Positions 42,208-51,024 of a DNA stretch of 64,000 nt are shown here, one piece after another. Numbering within the stretch: position 1 is the first letter of the stretch; the number at the start of each line of letters is the position of its first letter. The position numbers and the translations under genes were made by a program. The notes under the pieces are model-generated. The model did no database searches, was not told where the DNA came from, and was given only the letters and a program-made list of their open reading frames with translations. Source of the DNA: Acidobacteriota bacterium (GTDB taxonomy: Bacteria > Acidobacteriota > Vicinamibacteria > Marinacidobacterales > Marinacidobacteraceae); assembly GCA_022820545.1 (NCBI GenBank), contig JAJEFG010000107.1, positions 29,579 through 93,578 on the forward strand. The letters run 5' to 3'.

Positions 42208-43590
42208 TCAGCGGTAGCCCCGCACCTCGAGCGCCTCGCCGAGCTCCGCCGAAACGTCCGGGTCGGGAGCGCCGCCACCGTCGTTCTCCTGCCGCCACGC
42301 CACCGTCTGGATCCGCCGCGTCTCCAGTTGCGCCTTCAGCGGCTCCATCGAAAACCGCGCCTGCTCGTACACGTTGTCGGCTTCATTGGGGTCCCGGACG
42401 AGGTTGAACAACGCGAACAGGGGGGCCTCCTGGCCGGGAACCGGGATGCGCAGCATCCGCAGCCGGCCGTTGTAGACGCCGAAGAGTCCGCGTTCGGACT
42501 GCGCGTAGAGCCGCCGGTGGGGACGCGGGTCGTCGCCGAGCAGCGCCGGAACCAGCGACTTGCCGATCGTCCCTAGCAGCAGGGTGTCCGGAAGCGGCAC
42601 GCCGATCAGCTCGAGAGCCGTGGGGCCGACGTCGCCGAGGCCCACCGCCGATCCGAAACGCGTTTCGGTGGGGACCCGCGTCCCGTCCCCGCCGGGCCAG
42701 CCGACGAGCAGCGGCACCTCGAGCGTCTCCCGGAACAGAGTGCGCGGGGTTTCAAAGGGGGGGCCGTGTTCCCCGAGCGACTCGCCGTGCAACCCGGCCA
42801 CCACGAACAGCGTTCGGTCTCCCAAAGGACCGGACGCCACGCTCGCGAGCACGGCGCCGGCCGCCTGGTCCACCGACCGGATGGAGGCGTCGTAGCCGTC
42901 CACCAGCTCTCCGTAGCCGGCGCCGGGGGCGACCGCCGCGGTCGGCTGGGGCCCGCCGCGGAACCGCGGGCCGGCGGGGGTCATCGTGTCGCTGCGGACG
43001 GCGTCCAGGTCCTCTTCCGGCGGCTCGTGCGGCCGGGCGGGGTCCGAGAAGTGGAGCCAGACGAACATGGGGGCGCCTTCGGCGGCTGCTCCCAGCGCCT
43101 CGATCCCGAAGTCCCGTACTTGATCGGTGGCAGCGGCCCCGTCGCCCCAGTACTCCCGGAACTCGTCGAAACCGATTCCGAAGCCGAGTTCCGCGGCCAG
43201 CGCCGGATGACCGACAGCGGCGAGGGTCCGGTAGCCGTGCTCGCGCAACCGTGCCGCCAGCGTGGCCCCCTCGATCAGCCGCGCGGGCTCCCCCCGGGTG
43301 CTCCGGCTCGGATCCACTCCGGTGAGGAGCGCCGCCGCCGCGCGCCCGGTCTCGGGCCAGGGAGTCAACGCTTCGAGGAACACCGCTCCCGACGCGCCGA
43401 ACAGGTCGAGGTTCGGGCTGATGTTGCGCGGATAGCCGTAGATCCCGAGGTGGTCGGCGCGCAGCGAGGAGACGGTGATGAGGACCAGGTTGGACCGCTC
43501 GGTGGGAACCTGCGGCCCCGAATCGCCGCACGCGGCCGCGGTGAGGGCGGCCAGCGCCGCCGCCACGAGGCGATTCGGCCAGCCGTTCAT
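42208..43590 (-). CDS. Sulfatase-like hydrolase (alkaline-phosphatase superfamily) lipoprotein
   Basis: This is the C-terminal 460 aa of ORF 42208..44112(-). MNGWPNRLVAAALAALTAAACGDSG is a signal with lipobox. SNLVLITVSSLRADHLG is a sulfatase N-terminal motif. The ATGA overlaps tsaE. Confidence 0.7.
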   Translation of the reverse strand: MNGWPNRLVAAALAALTAAACGDSGPQVPTERSNLVLITVSSLRADHLGIYGYPRNISPNLDLFGASGAVFLEALTPWPETGRAAAALLTGVDPSRSTRGEPARLIEGATLAARLREHGYRTLAAVGHPALAAELGFGIGFDEFREYWGDGAAATDQVRDFGIEALGAAAEGAPMFVWLHFSDPARPHEPPEEDLDAVRSDTMTPAGPRFRGGPQPTAAVAPGAGYGELVDGYDASIRSVDQAAGAVLASVASGPLGDRTLFVVAGLHGESLGEHGPPFETPRTLFRETLEVPLLVGWPGGDGTRVPTETRFGSAVGLGDVGPTALELIGVPLPDTLLLGTIGKSLVPALLGDDPRPHRRLYAQSERGLFGVYNGRLRMLRIPVPGQEAPLFALFNLVRDPNEADNVYEQARFSMEPLKAQLETRRIQTVAWRQENDGGGAPDPDVSAELGEALEVRGYR

Positions 43591-44039
43591 CGACTTTCCA
43601 CCCCGGCCCGGATCTCGATGCGCCGGGCCCCGTTCGCTTCCCGCACGAGACGCACCCGCGTCGCGTCGGCGCGCCGGTAGGGTCCGAGCCGTTCCGGCCA
43701 CTCGACGATCACCACCGCGTCTTCTTCCTCCATCTCTTCGATGCCGAGTTCCCGGAGCTCCTCGGGGCGCTCGATCCGGTAAAGGTCCAGGTGGTACACC
43801 GGACGCGCGCCCTCTCCGTAGCGTGACACGAGCGCGAAGGTCGGACTCGTGACCTGGCGGGGGTCCACGCCGTAGTGCCGCGCGAGTCCCTTGGCGAACA
43901 CGGTCTTGCCGGCGCCCAGGTCCCCTTCCAGGTAGAAGGCCCGGCAGCGGGGTTCGCGGGCCGCGAGCCGGGCGCCCGCTTCGAGCGTGTCCTCCGGGGT
44001 GCGGCTGGCGACGGCGTCCGCCGCCGGCGCGGCCGTCAC
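43587..44039 (-). CDS. tsaE: tRNA t6A37 threonylcarbamoyladenosine biosynthesis protein TsaE
   Basis: The GTG start overlaps the nnr stop (GTGA), with GGGAGG 7 nt upstream. The Walker A motif is GDLGAGKTVFAKGL, followed by SPTFALV. Confidence 0.75.
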   Translation of the reverse strand: MTAAPAADAVASRTPEDTLEAGARLAAREPRCRAFYLEGDLGAGKTVFAKGLARHYGVDPRQVTSPTFALVSRYGEGARPVYHLDLYRIERPEELRELGIEEMEEEDAVVIVEWPERLGPYRRADATRVRLVREANGARRIEIRAGVESR

Positions 44040-45619
44040 CGGGACACCTCCCGGCGCAGCCGGTGCACCGCCTTCCCAAGGTGGGCGGCCACGCCGGATG
44101 CGGTGACCGCATCCTCCCCGCTGCTCTCGCGGGCTTCGCTGCCGGCGAGTCCGTGCAGGAAGACGCCCGCCGAAAGCGCCTCGAGCGGACCCAGGCGGCG
44201 GGCGAGCAGCGCCCCCACGACTCCAGTGAGGACGTCCCCGGACCCGCCCGCGGCGAGTTCGGGCCCCCCGGAGCGGTTCACGAAGACGGCGCCGCGCGGG
44301 TCGGCGATGAGCGTCCCCGGTCCCTTGAGGGCCACCGCGGCCTCGGTCTCCCGGGCGAGGCGCCGGGCCGTTCCCAGCCGGTCCTCCTGAACCTCCGCGC
44401 TGGTCACGCCGAGCAGCCGGGCGGCTTCGCCCGGATGGGGCGTCAGCGCGAGCCCCGGCCGCTGGGCGAGGCGCCCGGCCCGGCCGGCCCAGGCGTTCAG
44501 CCCGTCGGCATCGAGCACGAGCGGCAGCGAGGTGGTGAGGACGATCCGTCGCACCGCCTCCTTCGTTTCCTCTCCGCTGCCGAGGCCGGGCCCGAGCGCG
44601 ATCGCGTCGCCGGCGAACGCCGCGATCTCGGGCACCCCGTCGAGAGACATCTCTCCTTCGCCGGAAGCGGGCAGGGGCAGCCGCATCGCCTCCGGAGGCA
44701 GCTCCGTCAGGCCGTCGGCCGGGCCCGCCACCGTCAGCAGACCGACCCCCGCCGACAAGGCGCCCTGCGCCGCGAGCGCCGCGGCCCCGGGCATGCGCCG
44801 CGACCCCGCGACGAGCAGCAGCCGGCCGAGCTGCCCCTTGTGAACGCCGGGCGCCCGCGCGGGGAAGAACGGCGCCACCCGGCGTTCGTCGTTGGTGCGG
44901 ACCCCCGCGGTGCCGGCGTTCAGCCAGACGCGCGGGATTCCGATCTCCGCGACCCGGATCTCCCCGCAGGCGGCGCTCGCCGGATAGACGAAATGGCAGA
45001 TCTTCGGCGCCGCGAGGGCCACCGTGAGATCGGCGCGGAAGCAGAGGTCCGGCGCCGCCCCCGTGTCGGCGGAAAGGCCGGTCGGAATGTCCACGGCGAT
45101 GCGGACCGCGTCGCGGAACCGCCCGACGTGATCCAGGTCGGCGACCACCCGGGCGGCAAGCCCCCGGAGGGGGCCGGAACTCCCCGTCCCCAGGATCGCG
45201 TCCACGATGACCCCGGGGCGCGGGGCGGTGAGTCCGTCCGGTCCCGTATGGCGCAGCGCCCATTCCCAGGTGGCCTCGTCGGGACAGGGAACCACGTGGA
45301 GCGCGAGCTGCATCGCGGTCTCGTAGTTCGCCTTCGTCTCTCCGGTGAGCCGTTCCGGATCGGCCAGCAACACGGCGGTGGCCCGCAGTCCGCGGGCCGC
45401 GAGCGCCCGAAGCGCCACCAGGCCGTCGCCCCCGTTGCCGCCCCGCCCGCAGAGGATGAGGGTCCGCCGGCCGCCCGCCCCCGACGCGGCGGCGACGACG
45501 TCCGCGACCGCCCGCCCCGCGTTTTCCATCAGGACGCGCGCCGGAACCCCGGCTTCCTCGATGGTGTGGCGGTCCGCTTCGCGCATCTGCTGCGCGGTCA
45601 GCACGTCCATGACGTTCAT
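44036..45619 (-). CDS. nnr: Bifunctional NAD(P)H-hydrate repair enzyme Nnr (epimerase + ADP-dependent dehydratase)
   Basis: 527 aa. The YjeF-N domain carries GRGGNGGDGLV. The C-terminal carbohydrate-kinase domain carries GPGLG and GSGDVLTG. Confidence 0.85.
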   Translation of the reverse strand: MNVMDVLTAQQMREADRHTIEEAGVPARVLMENAGRAVADVVAAASGAGGRRTLILCGRGGNGGDGLVALRALAARGLRATAVLLADPERLTGETKANYETAMQLALHVVPCPDEATWEWALRHTGPDGLTAPRPGVIVDAILGTGSSGPLRGLAARVVADLDHVGRFRDAVRIAVDIPTGLSADTGAAPDLCFRADLTVALAAPKICHFVYPASAACGEIRVAEIGIPRVWLNAGTAGVRTNDERRVAPFFPARAPGVHKGQLGRLLLVAGSRRMPGAAALAAQGALSAGVGLLTVAGPADGLTELPPEAMRLPLPASGEGEMSLDGVPEIAAFAGDAIALGPGLGSGEETKEAVRRIVLTTSLPLVLDADGLNAWAGRAGRLAQRPGLALTPHPGEAARLLGVTSAEVQEDRLGTARRLARETEAAVALKGPGTLIADPRGAVFVNRSGGPELAAGGSGDVLTGVVGALLARRLGPLEALSAGVFLHGLAGSEARESSGEDAVTASGVAAHLGKAVHRLRREVSR

Positions 45620-45663
45620 TGTAGGAAAGGGGCCGGGACGCGCCCCGCGTACCCTTTTCCCCG

Positions 45664-46614
45664 GTGACGCTCTACTTTCCGGAATCGCTCGTCCGCGAAG
45701 CCCTTCCCATGCGGGACGCGCTGGATGCGGTCGAGGCGGTCTTCCGGGAGCTCGGCGAGGGGGGAGCCCAGAACCGGCCCCGGCAGCGGGTCCGGGTCCC
45801 GGGCCGGATGCTGCACACGATGAGCGCCTCGAGTTCCGCGCTCGGGTACCTGGGGCTGAAGACCTACCTGACCTCCCGGGACGCCATGCGCTTTGTCCTC
45901 TTGCTCTTCGACCAGGAGACCGGATCGCTCGCCGCCGTGATGGAAGCCGACGCCCTGGGGCAGATCCGGACCGGCGCCGCCACCGGGGTCGCGGCGGCCT
46001 ACCTGGCGGCGCCGGGCGCGTCCACCGTGGGGATCGTGGGGTGCGGATACCAGGCCGAAACGCAGCTCGAAGCCCTCGCGCTGGTGCGCCCGCTCACCCG
46101 GGTGGAGGCGTTTTGCCGGAATCCGGAACGGCGAGCCCGGTTCGCCGCGAAGATGGCCGGTCGGCTCGGCGTGGAGGTCGTCCCGGCGCCCAGCGGGGAG
46201 GCGGCGGTCCGCGGCAAACCCATCGTGGTCACGGTCACGAATGCCGCGGAGCCGGTGGTCCGGGGCGCGTGGCTCGCTCCGGGCGCGTTCGTGGCGGCGG
46301 CGGGAGGCAACGCGCTCGGACGGCGCGAACTCGATTCGGCGGCGGTGCGTCACGCAAGCCGGATCGTCGTGGACGACCGGGAGCAGGCGCGGATCGAGTG
46401 CGGCGATCTGGCGCCGCTCGTCGCCACCGGGGAGTTGGCATGGGACGACCTGGAGACGATCGGGGAGGTGGTGGCGGCCGGGAAGGGGAGCGCGGCGTCG
46501 GGGCCGGCGCTGTTCGAGTCCCAGGGGATCGCCGCCGAGGACATCGCGGCGGCGGCGGTGGTGTACGAGCGTGCGAAGGCCGAAGCGGCGCCGTTTCCCG
46601 GCAGTGGCGAGTAA
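45664..46614 (+). CDS. Ornithine cyclodeaminase / mu-crystallin family protein
   Basis: GTG start. The N-terminus LVREALPMRDALDAVEAVF is typical of the family, and there is a Rossmann motif GIVGCGYQA. Confidence 0.7.
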   Translation: MTLYFPESLVREALPMRDALDAVEAVFRELGEGGAQNRPRQRVRVPGRMLHTMSASSSALGYLGLKTYLTSRDAMRFVLLLFDQETGSLAAVMEADALGQIRTGAATGVAAAYLAAPGASTVGIVGCGYQAETQLEALALVRPLTRVEAFCRNPERRARFAAKMAGRLGVEVVPAPSGEAAVRGKPIVVTVTNAAEPVVRGAWLAPGAFVAAAGGNALGRRELDSAAVRHASRIVVDDREQARIECGDLAPLVATGELAWDDLETIGEVVAAGKGSAASGPALFESQGIAAEDIAAAAVVYERAKAEAAPFPGSGE

Positions 46615-46631
46615 GCGGATAGAATCGCCCC

Positions 46632-46859
46632 ATGACTTCCTTCCTGTGGGTCCCGGTCCTCCTGGTCGGCCCCTTCGGGGCGACCGAACTCCTCATCATC
46701 CTGGGGATCGTGATCCTCATCTTCGGGGGTTCGCGGCTGCCGCAGCTCGGGAAGGGTCTGGGGGCCGGAATTCGGAACTTCCGGAACTCCATGAAGAGCG
46801 TCACGAACCCGGATGCCGGTTCCGAGGACGATTCCTCCTCCGGCAAGAACGACGACTGA
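46632..46859 (+). CDS. tatA: Twin-arginine translocase subunit TatA/E
   Basis: GATELLIILGIVILIFGGSRLPQLGKGLGAGIRNFR, followed by an acidic tail. Confidence 0.75.
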   Translation: MTSFLWVPVLLVGPFGATELLIILGIVILIFGGSRLPQLGKGLGAGIRNFRNSMKSVTNPDAGSEDDSSSGKNDD

Positions 46860-46910
46860 GCGACTGCCGCCGTCGCGCGGGTAGTCCTTCCGGTCGCCGA
46901 TAGACGGCGT

Positions 46911-46964
46911 GAGTTTCGCCTCGCTGCGCTCGGCGATGCCGGCCGGAGGCCGGCGCTCCGCTAG
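46911..46964 (+). repeat. REP-like element family A copy 3
   Basis: GAGTTTCGCCTCGCTGCGCTCGGCGATGCCGGCCGGAGGCCGGCGCTCCGCTAG. It is nearly identical to the copy at 33162. Confidence 0.7.
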
Positions 46965-48040
46965 ACCACGACCCGCAGTCCGTCGTGGGCGCGCTCGAAG
47001 GCCAGGCCGGCTGCGCCGAGAACGTCGTCGCCGGTGTGTACGAGCAGCACGCGGCGGGCCGTGATCCGGGACGCCGCCTCCTCGAGTTCGCGGTGGGAGG
47101 TATGACCGGGAAGCGCTTCGAGTGACGTGCACTCGTGGATCAGGAGATCCACTCCCGCCGACTCGGAGATCAGTTCGTCGCTGAAGCCGGTGTCGCCCGA
47201 GTAGACGACGGTGCGGCCGCCGAGATCCAGCTTCCACGAGAACGCCCAGGCCTCGGGCTGGTGGCGCGCTGCGAGGGCCCGGGCGGCGCCGCCGCCCAGG
47301 GCGGCCGGCAGGCCGATGGTCTCGCCGGGGAGCGCCTCCGTGATCTCCTCCTCGAAACGGATGGGCAGATCGCGGTAGAGGCATTCCCGGAGCGTCGCGA
47401 GGCGTTCCGGCGCGCCCGGGGGGGAGATCACCCGGAGCGGTTCGGTGCGTCCGCTCCGCATCGCGTCCAGTTCGAGAAACGGAATCCCCCCGTAGTGGTC
47501 CCCGTGGAAGTGGCTCAGCACCACGGCGCCGAGGTCGTCGCTCGTGAGTCCTTCCGCGCGGAGGGCGGCGTGGCAACCCGGCCCGGCGTCCAGCAGGAGT
47601 CCCAGCCGGCTGCCGAGCGTCCGCACGAAGATCGCGGCCTGGCGTTTTCCGCCGGAGCCGAAAGCGTCGCCCGTCCCGAGGAAGCGGACTTCGACCCCCT
47701 CGCCGGCGCTCTCCGGCCCGGCCGGGCGGGGACCCCGCGCCGCCGCCTCCTGACAGCTCCCGCAGACGAAGGGCCGCCGCCCGTCACCCTCCGCCATCGG
47801 GTCGAGTGCGCGGTCGCACCGCCGGCAGCACTCCCGCCGGGGCGCCGGAAGCGCGGCCGCATGGCGTTCGAACAGTTCCGCGACGAAGGCCACGATGCGT
47901 TCGCGGTCCCCCGCGGCGAAGAGCCGGGAGTCCTCGAGCGGGTCCTCGTCCGGCCGCGGCCGGGCGATCAGCCGGACCTCGACGGTCCGGCCGGAACCGT
48001 CGTCCTCGTCGGGGTCGGCGAGGATCCGGATCTCGAGCAA
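46961..48040 (-). CDS. MBL-fold metallo-hydrolase with N-terminal CxxC..CxxC zinc-ribbon extension
   Basis: This is the C-terminal part of ORF 46961..48340(-). A probable TTG start lies 13 nt after the larE-like stop. The zinc-ribbon cysteines are CCRRCD...VCGSC, and the metal-binding motif is HFHGDHYGG. Confidence 0.55.
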   Translation of the reverse strand: MLEIRILADPDEDDGSGRTVEVRLIARPRPDEDPLEDSRLFAAGDRERIVAFVAELFERHAAALPAPRRECCRRCDRALDPMAEGDGRRPFVCGSCQEAAARGPRPAGPESAGEGVEVRFLGTGDAFGSGGKRQAAIFVRTLGSRLGLLLDAGPGCHAALRAEGLTSDDLGAVVLSHFHGDHYGGIPFLELDAMRSGRTEPLRVISPPGAPERLATLRECLYRDLPIRFEEEITEALPGETIGLPAALGGGAARALAARHQPEAWAFSWKLDLGGRTVVYSGDTGFSDELISESAGVDLLIHECTSLEALPGHTSHRELEEAASRITARRVLLVHTGDDVLGAAGLAFERAHDGLRVVV

Positions 48041-48053
48041 TAGGCTGCTAGTG

Positions 48054-48893
48054 CTAGTGGGCGCCGGTCGACAGGTAGGCCAGATCGCGGTCCGGGTCGA
48101 AGGGGGCGGCGAGCCCGGCAGGCCGGTAGCCGCGGAGGTCCACCGCCACCTGCCGGTATCCGACGCCCAGCAGGCGTTCCGCGAGGCGGTCTCCGACCTC
48201 CGGGCTGAGGGCGCGGGCGATCTGGGCCGCCGGCAGCTCGATGCGGGCGAGGTCCCCGTGGTGGCGGACCCGGAAGGCGGAGAACCCGAACTCCCGGAGC
48301 GCCGCTTCCCCGGCCTCCACCCGGCCCAGGACCCCCGCATCGATCTGGATCATCGCGGGAACGCGGGAGGCGAGGCACGCGGAAGCCGGTTCCTCGGCCA
48401 CCGGCAGTCCCAACTCGCGCGCCAGCGCCCGGATGGCCGCCTTGCCGACCCCGGCCTCGAGGAACGGCGAGCGGACGCCGTAGAGCCCCGCCGCGCGCCG
48501 TCCCGGCCGGATGTCCCCCACGTCGTCGGAGTTCGTGCCGTCGAGCACGGCCGCGAAACCGCGCGCGTCGGCGACCTCCCGCAGCAGACGGTAGAGCTCG
48601 TTCTTGCAGTGAAAACAGCGATCCGGACCGTTCCGGCGGTAGTCGGCGGACGCCAGCTCATCCGTCGCGAGCCACTCGTGCGGCATGGGGTGCGCGTGGA
48701 GAACCGACTCCACGAGGGCCCGCTGGTGACCGGAGAGGCTGGCGCTCACCCCGGTGACCGCCAGGCTCCGCTCCCCGAGCGCGAGGTGGGACAGGACCGC
48801 CAGCGTCGCGCTGTCCACGCCGCCGCTGAGCGCCACGACCGCCGAGCCCTCCGCCTCGAGGGCGGCCAGCAGGGAGTCCCGGGCCTCAGGCAC
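48054..48893 (-). CDS. LarE-like PP-loop ATP pyrophosphatase (TIGR00268-type, putative sacrificial sulfur transferase)
   Basis: The PP-loop is SGGVDSATLAV. A LarE-type Cys motif is PASACLASRVP. The GTG start has GGAGG 7 nt upstream and overlaps the moaC stop. Confidence 0.65.
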   Translation of the reverse strand: MPEARDSLLAALEAEGSAVVALSGGVDSATLAVLSHLALGERSLAVTGVSASLSGHQRALVESVLHAHPMPHEWLATDELASADYRRNGPDRCFHCKNELYRLLREVADARGFAAVLDGTNSDDVGDIRPGRRAAGLYGVRSPFLEAGVGKAAIRALARELGLPVAEEPASACLASRVPAMIQIDAGVLGRVEAGEAALREFGFSAFRVRHHGDLARIELPAAQIARALSPEVGDRLAERLLGVGYRQVAVDLRGYRPAGLAAPFDPDRDLAYLSTGAH

Positions 48894-49389
48894 CGTCCGC
48901 CCTCCAGTCGCCGCTCGCCCCACCGCTCTTCTCGAGGAGGCGGACCGGGCCGATCACCATCGCCCGGTCGGCGGCCTTCAGCATGTCGTAGACCGTGAGG
49001 GCGGCCACCGAAGCCGCGGTGAGCGCCTCCATTTCCGCCCCGGTGGAGGCCCGGCACCGGATCCGGGACACGATGCGGATCCCGGTCTCCTCGAATGCCG
49101 CCGAGACCTCGGCATGGTCGAGGGGCAGGGGATGACACAGCGGGATCAGGGCCGCGCAGGACTTCGCCGCCTGGATCCCGGCGAGGCGCGCCGTGTCCAG
49201 CACGCTCCCCTTGGGAGCGTTTCCGCGGCGCGCCAGCTCGAGCGCCGGTTCCGAGACCCGCACGAAGGCTTCGGCGGCGGCTTCGCGCGAGGTGACGGGC
49301 TTGGCCCCCACGTCCACCATGCGCGCGTTTCCCCCGGAGTCCACATGGCTGAGGGTCGCCGGGGTCGCCGGGCTACCGCCGGAAGTCAT
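48886..49389 (-). CDS. moaC: Cyclic pyranopterin monophosphate synthase MoaC
   Basis: The N-terminus is LSHVDSGGNARMVDVGAKPVT. The ATGA overlaps moeA. Confidence 0.85.
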   Translation of the reverse strand: MTSGGSPATPATLSHVDSGGNARMVDVGAKPVTSREAAAEAFVRVSEPALELARRGNAPKGSVLDTARLAGIQAAKSCAALIPLCHPLPLDHAEVSAAFEETGIRIVSRIRCRASTGAEMEALTAASVAALTVYDMLKAADRAMVIGPVRLLEKSGGASGDWRADGA

Positions 49390-50651
49390 CGCCGGGGATC
49401 ATGCCATCCGGCCCCGGCGTCCGGAAACCCGGGGAGCGGCTGCGCTGCGACGCTCGCTCCGGCGGGGACCCTCTCCACGTCTTCCGGCACGATCACGAGG
49501 GCATTGGCGAGCGCCACCGCCGCGATGTCGCCCGACCCCTGGGAGCGGATCGGCTGCGCCGTCAGGGTCCCGTCGTCCGCGACTCCCACCCGCGCGGGCA
49601 GGAAGGCGCGCCGCGGTCCGCGCGCCGTGACCGGGGCGAGCAGGCGCACCGAGGGGCGCGGCGGCCTCGGATCGGCGATGCCCTGCATTGCCTCGAGGGC
49701 CGGCCGGGCGAGCACCTCGAAGGTGGTGAGCGCCGAAACGGGGTTGCCGGGCAGGCCGAAGACGAGGACCGGAGGGGCGTCGCCGGTGATCCCGAAGACG
49801 AAGGGTTTGCCGGGCCGGATGGCGACCGCAGTCACGAGGAGCCGGACCCCGGCCCGCTCGAGCACGGGTTCGACGTAGTCATACCGGCCCATCGACACGC
49901 CGCCGCTGATGAAGAGCACGTCCGCCTCGAGGCCGGAAGCGACCTTCGCGGCGAGGTCGTCGGGATCGTCGGCGGCGAAGCCCAGCCGCCGGACCGGAAG
50001 CCCCAGCGCGCGGCAGCGGGCGGCGATCAGGTGGCTGTTGGCGTCGCGGATCTCGGCGGGGCGCGGCCTGGCGGTCCGCGGATGCCGGAGTTCGTCGCCG
50101 GTCGAGAACACCGCGATCCGGGGCCGCCGGGCGACTTCCACCCGGACCTTGCCGACGGTGGCGAGGAGCCCCACGGCCGCCGGCGAGACCCGGATGCCGA
50201 CCTCGAGAAGCTTCGCGCCTCTCCGGACCTCGGCGCCGCGGGCGGTGACCCGGTTTCCCGGCTCGATGGGGGCCGGGGTCCTCCCGGGGGCCGGCCAGAC
50301 GACGCAGTCCCCGTCGCGCACGGTGTCCTCCACCATGATCGCGGCGTCCGCCCCTTCCGGCAGCGGAGCGCCCGTCATGATGGCCGCCGCCTCCCCCGGG
50401 CCCACCCGGACCTTCGGCATCGTCCCGGCGGGGATCTGGTCGACGACGCGCAGCCGGCCGCCGCCGGCAAGGCAGGCGGCGCGGACGGCGTAACCGTCCA
50501 CCGCCGAGCGGTGGAAGGGGGGCAGGTCCCGGTCCGCGAACACGCCCTCCCGAAGCACCCGGCCGCGGGCCGCTTCGAGCCCGACCGTCTCGGCCGGCAG
50601 CCGCGGAGACCGCTCGAGGATTCGGCGGAGCGCCTCCTCGACCGGAATCAA
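49386..50651 (-). CDS. moeA: Molybdopterin molybdotransferase MoeA
   Basis: The N-terminus is MIPVEEALRRILE. The MoeA_N, MoCF_biosynth and MoeA_C arrangement is present. Confidence 0.8.
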   Translation of the reverse strand: MIPVEEALRRILERSPRLPAETVGLEAARGRVLREGVFADRDLPPFHRSAVDGYAVRAACLAGGGRLRVVDQIPAGTMPKVRVGPGEAAAIMTGAPLPEGADAAIMVEDTVRDGDCVVWPAPGRTPAPIEPGNRVTARGAEVRRGAKLLEVGIRVSPAAVGLLATVGKVRVEVARRPRIAVFSTGDELRHPRTARPRPAEIRDANSHLIAARCRALGLPVRRLGFAADDPDDLAAKVASGLEADVLFISGGVSMGRYDYVEPVLERAGVRLLVTAVAIRPGKPFVFGITGDAPPVLVFGLPGNPVSALTTFEVLARPALEAMQGIADPRPPRPSVRLLAPVTARGPRRAFLPARVGVADDGTLTAQPIRSQGSGDIAAVALANALVIVPEDVERVPAGASVAAQPLPGFPDAGAGWHDPRR

Positions 50652-50672
50652 GGACGTTTCGGGGCCTGGCCC

Positions 50673-51020
50673 TCAGGCGTCCGTGGTGAAGCTGGCGACC
50701 GCCTGATCCTCGGTCTCGAACACCTCGAAGAGCGGCAGCACCCGGGCGATGTTCATCACGTGGACGACGCGCTCGCGCGGATGAAGCGCCTTGAGGGCGC
50801 CGCCCGCGCGGGCGACCCGCCGGGCGCACGCGACGAGTTCGCCGAGGCCCGCGCTGTCGATCGCGCTGACCCCGCTGAGATCGACGACGATGCGGGTGCG
50901 GCCCGAATCGAGGAGCACGTCCACGGCCTCCCGGAGCTCCTGGTCACCGTGGCCATCCACCAGGCGGCCGTTCAATTGCAGCAGCGAGACGCCGCCCCGC
51001 TCCCTCAGGTCGAGTTGCAT
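50673..51020 (-). CDS. STAS-domain anti-sigma-factor antagonist (SpoIIAA/RsbV-like)
   Basis: 115 aa. The motif is IVVDLSGVSAIDSAGLGELV. It lies 4 nt downstream of the ppiD-like gene. Confidence 0.7.
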   Translation of the reverse strand: MQLDLRERGGVSLLQLNGRLVDGHGDQELREAVDVLLDSGRTRIVVDLSGVSAIDSAGLGELVACARRVARAGGALKALHPRERVVHVMNIARVLPLFEVFETEDQAVASFTTDA

Positions 51021-51024
51021 CGCT

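Noticed and set aside
43587-45263. Upstream 400 codons of ORF 43587..45263(-)
   Set aside because: Out of frame with nnr. Only the last 150 codons (tsaE) are real.
46961-48340. N-terminal ~100 codons of ORF 46961..48340(-)
   Set aside because: Antisense to the larE-like gene. The MBL protein probably starts at the TTG at 48040.
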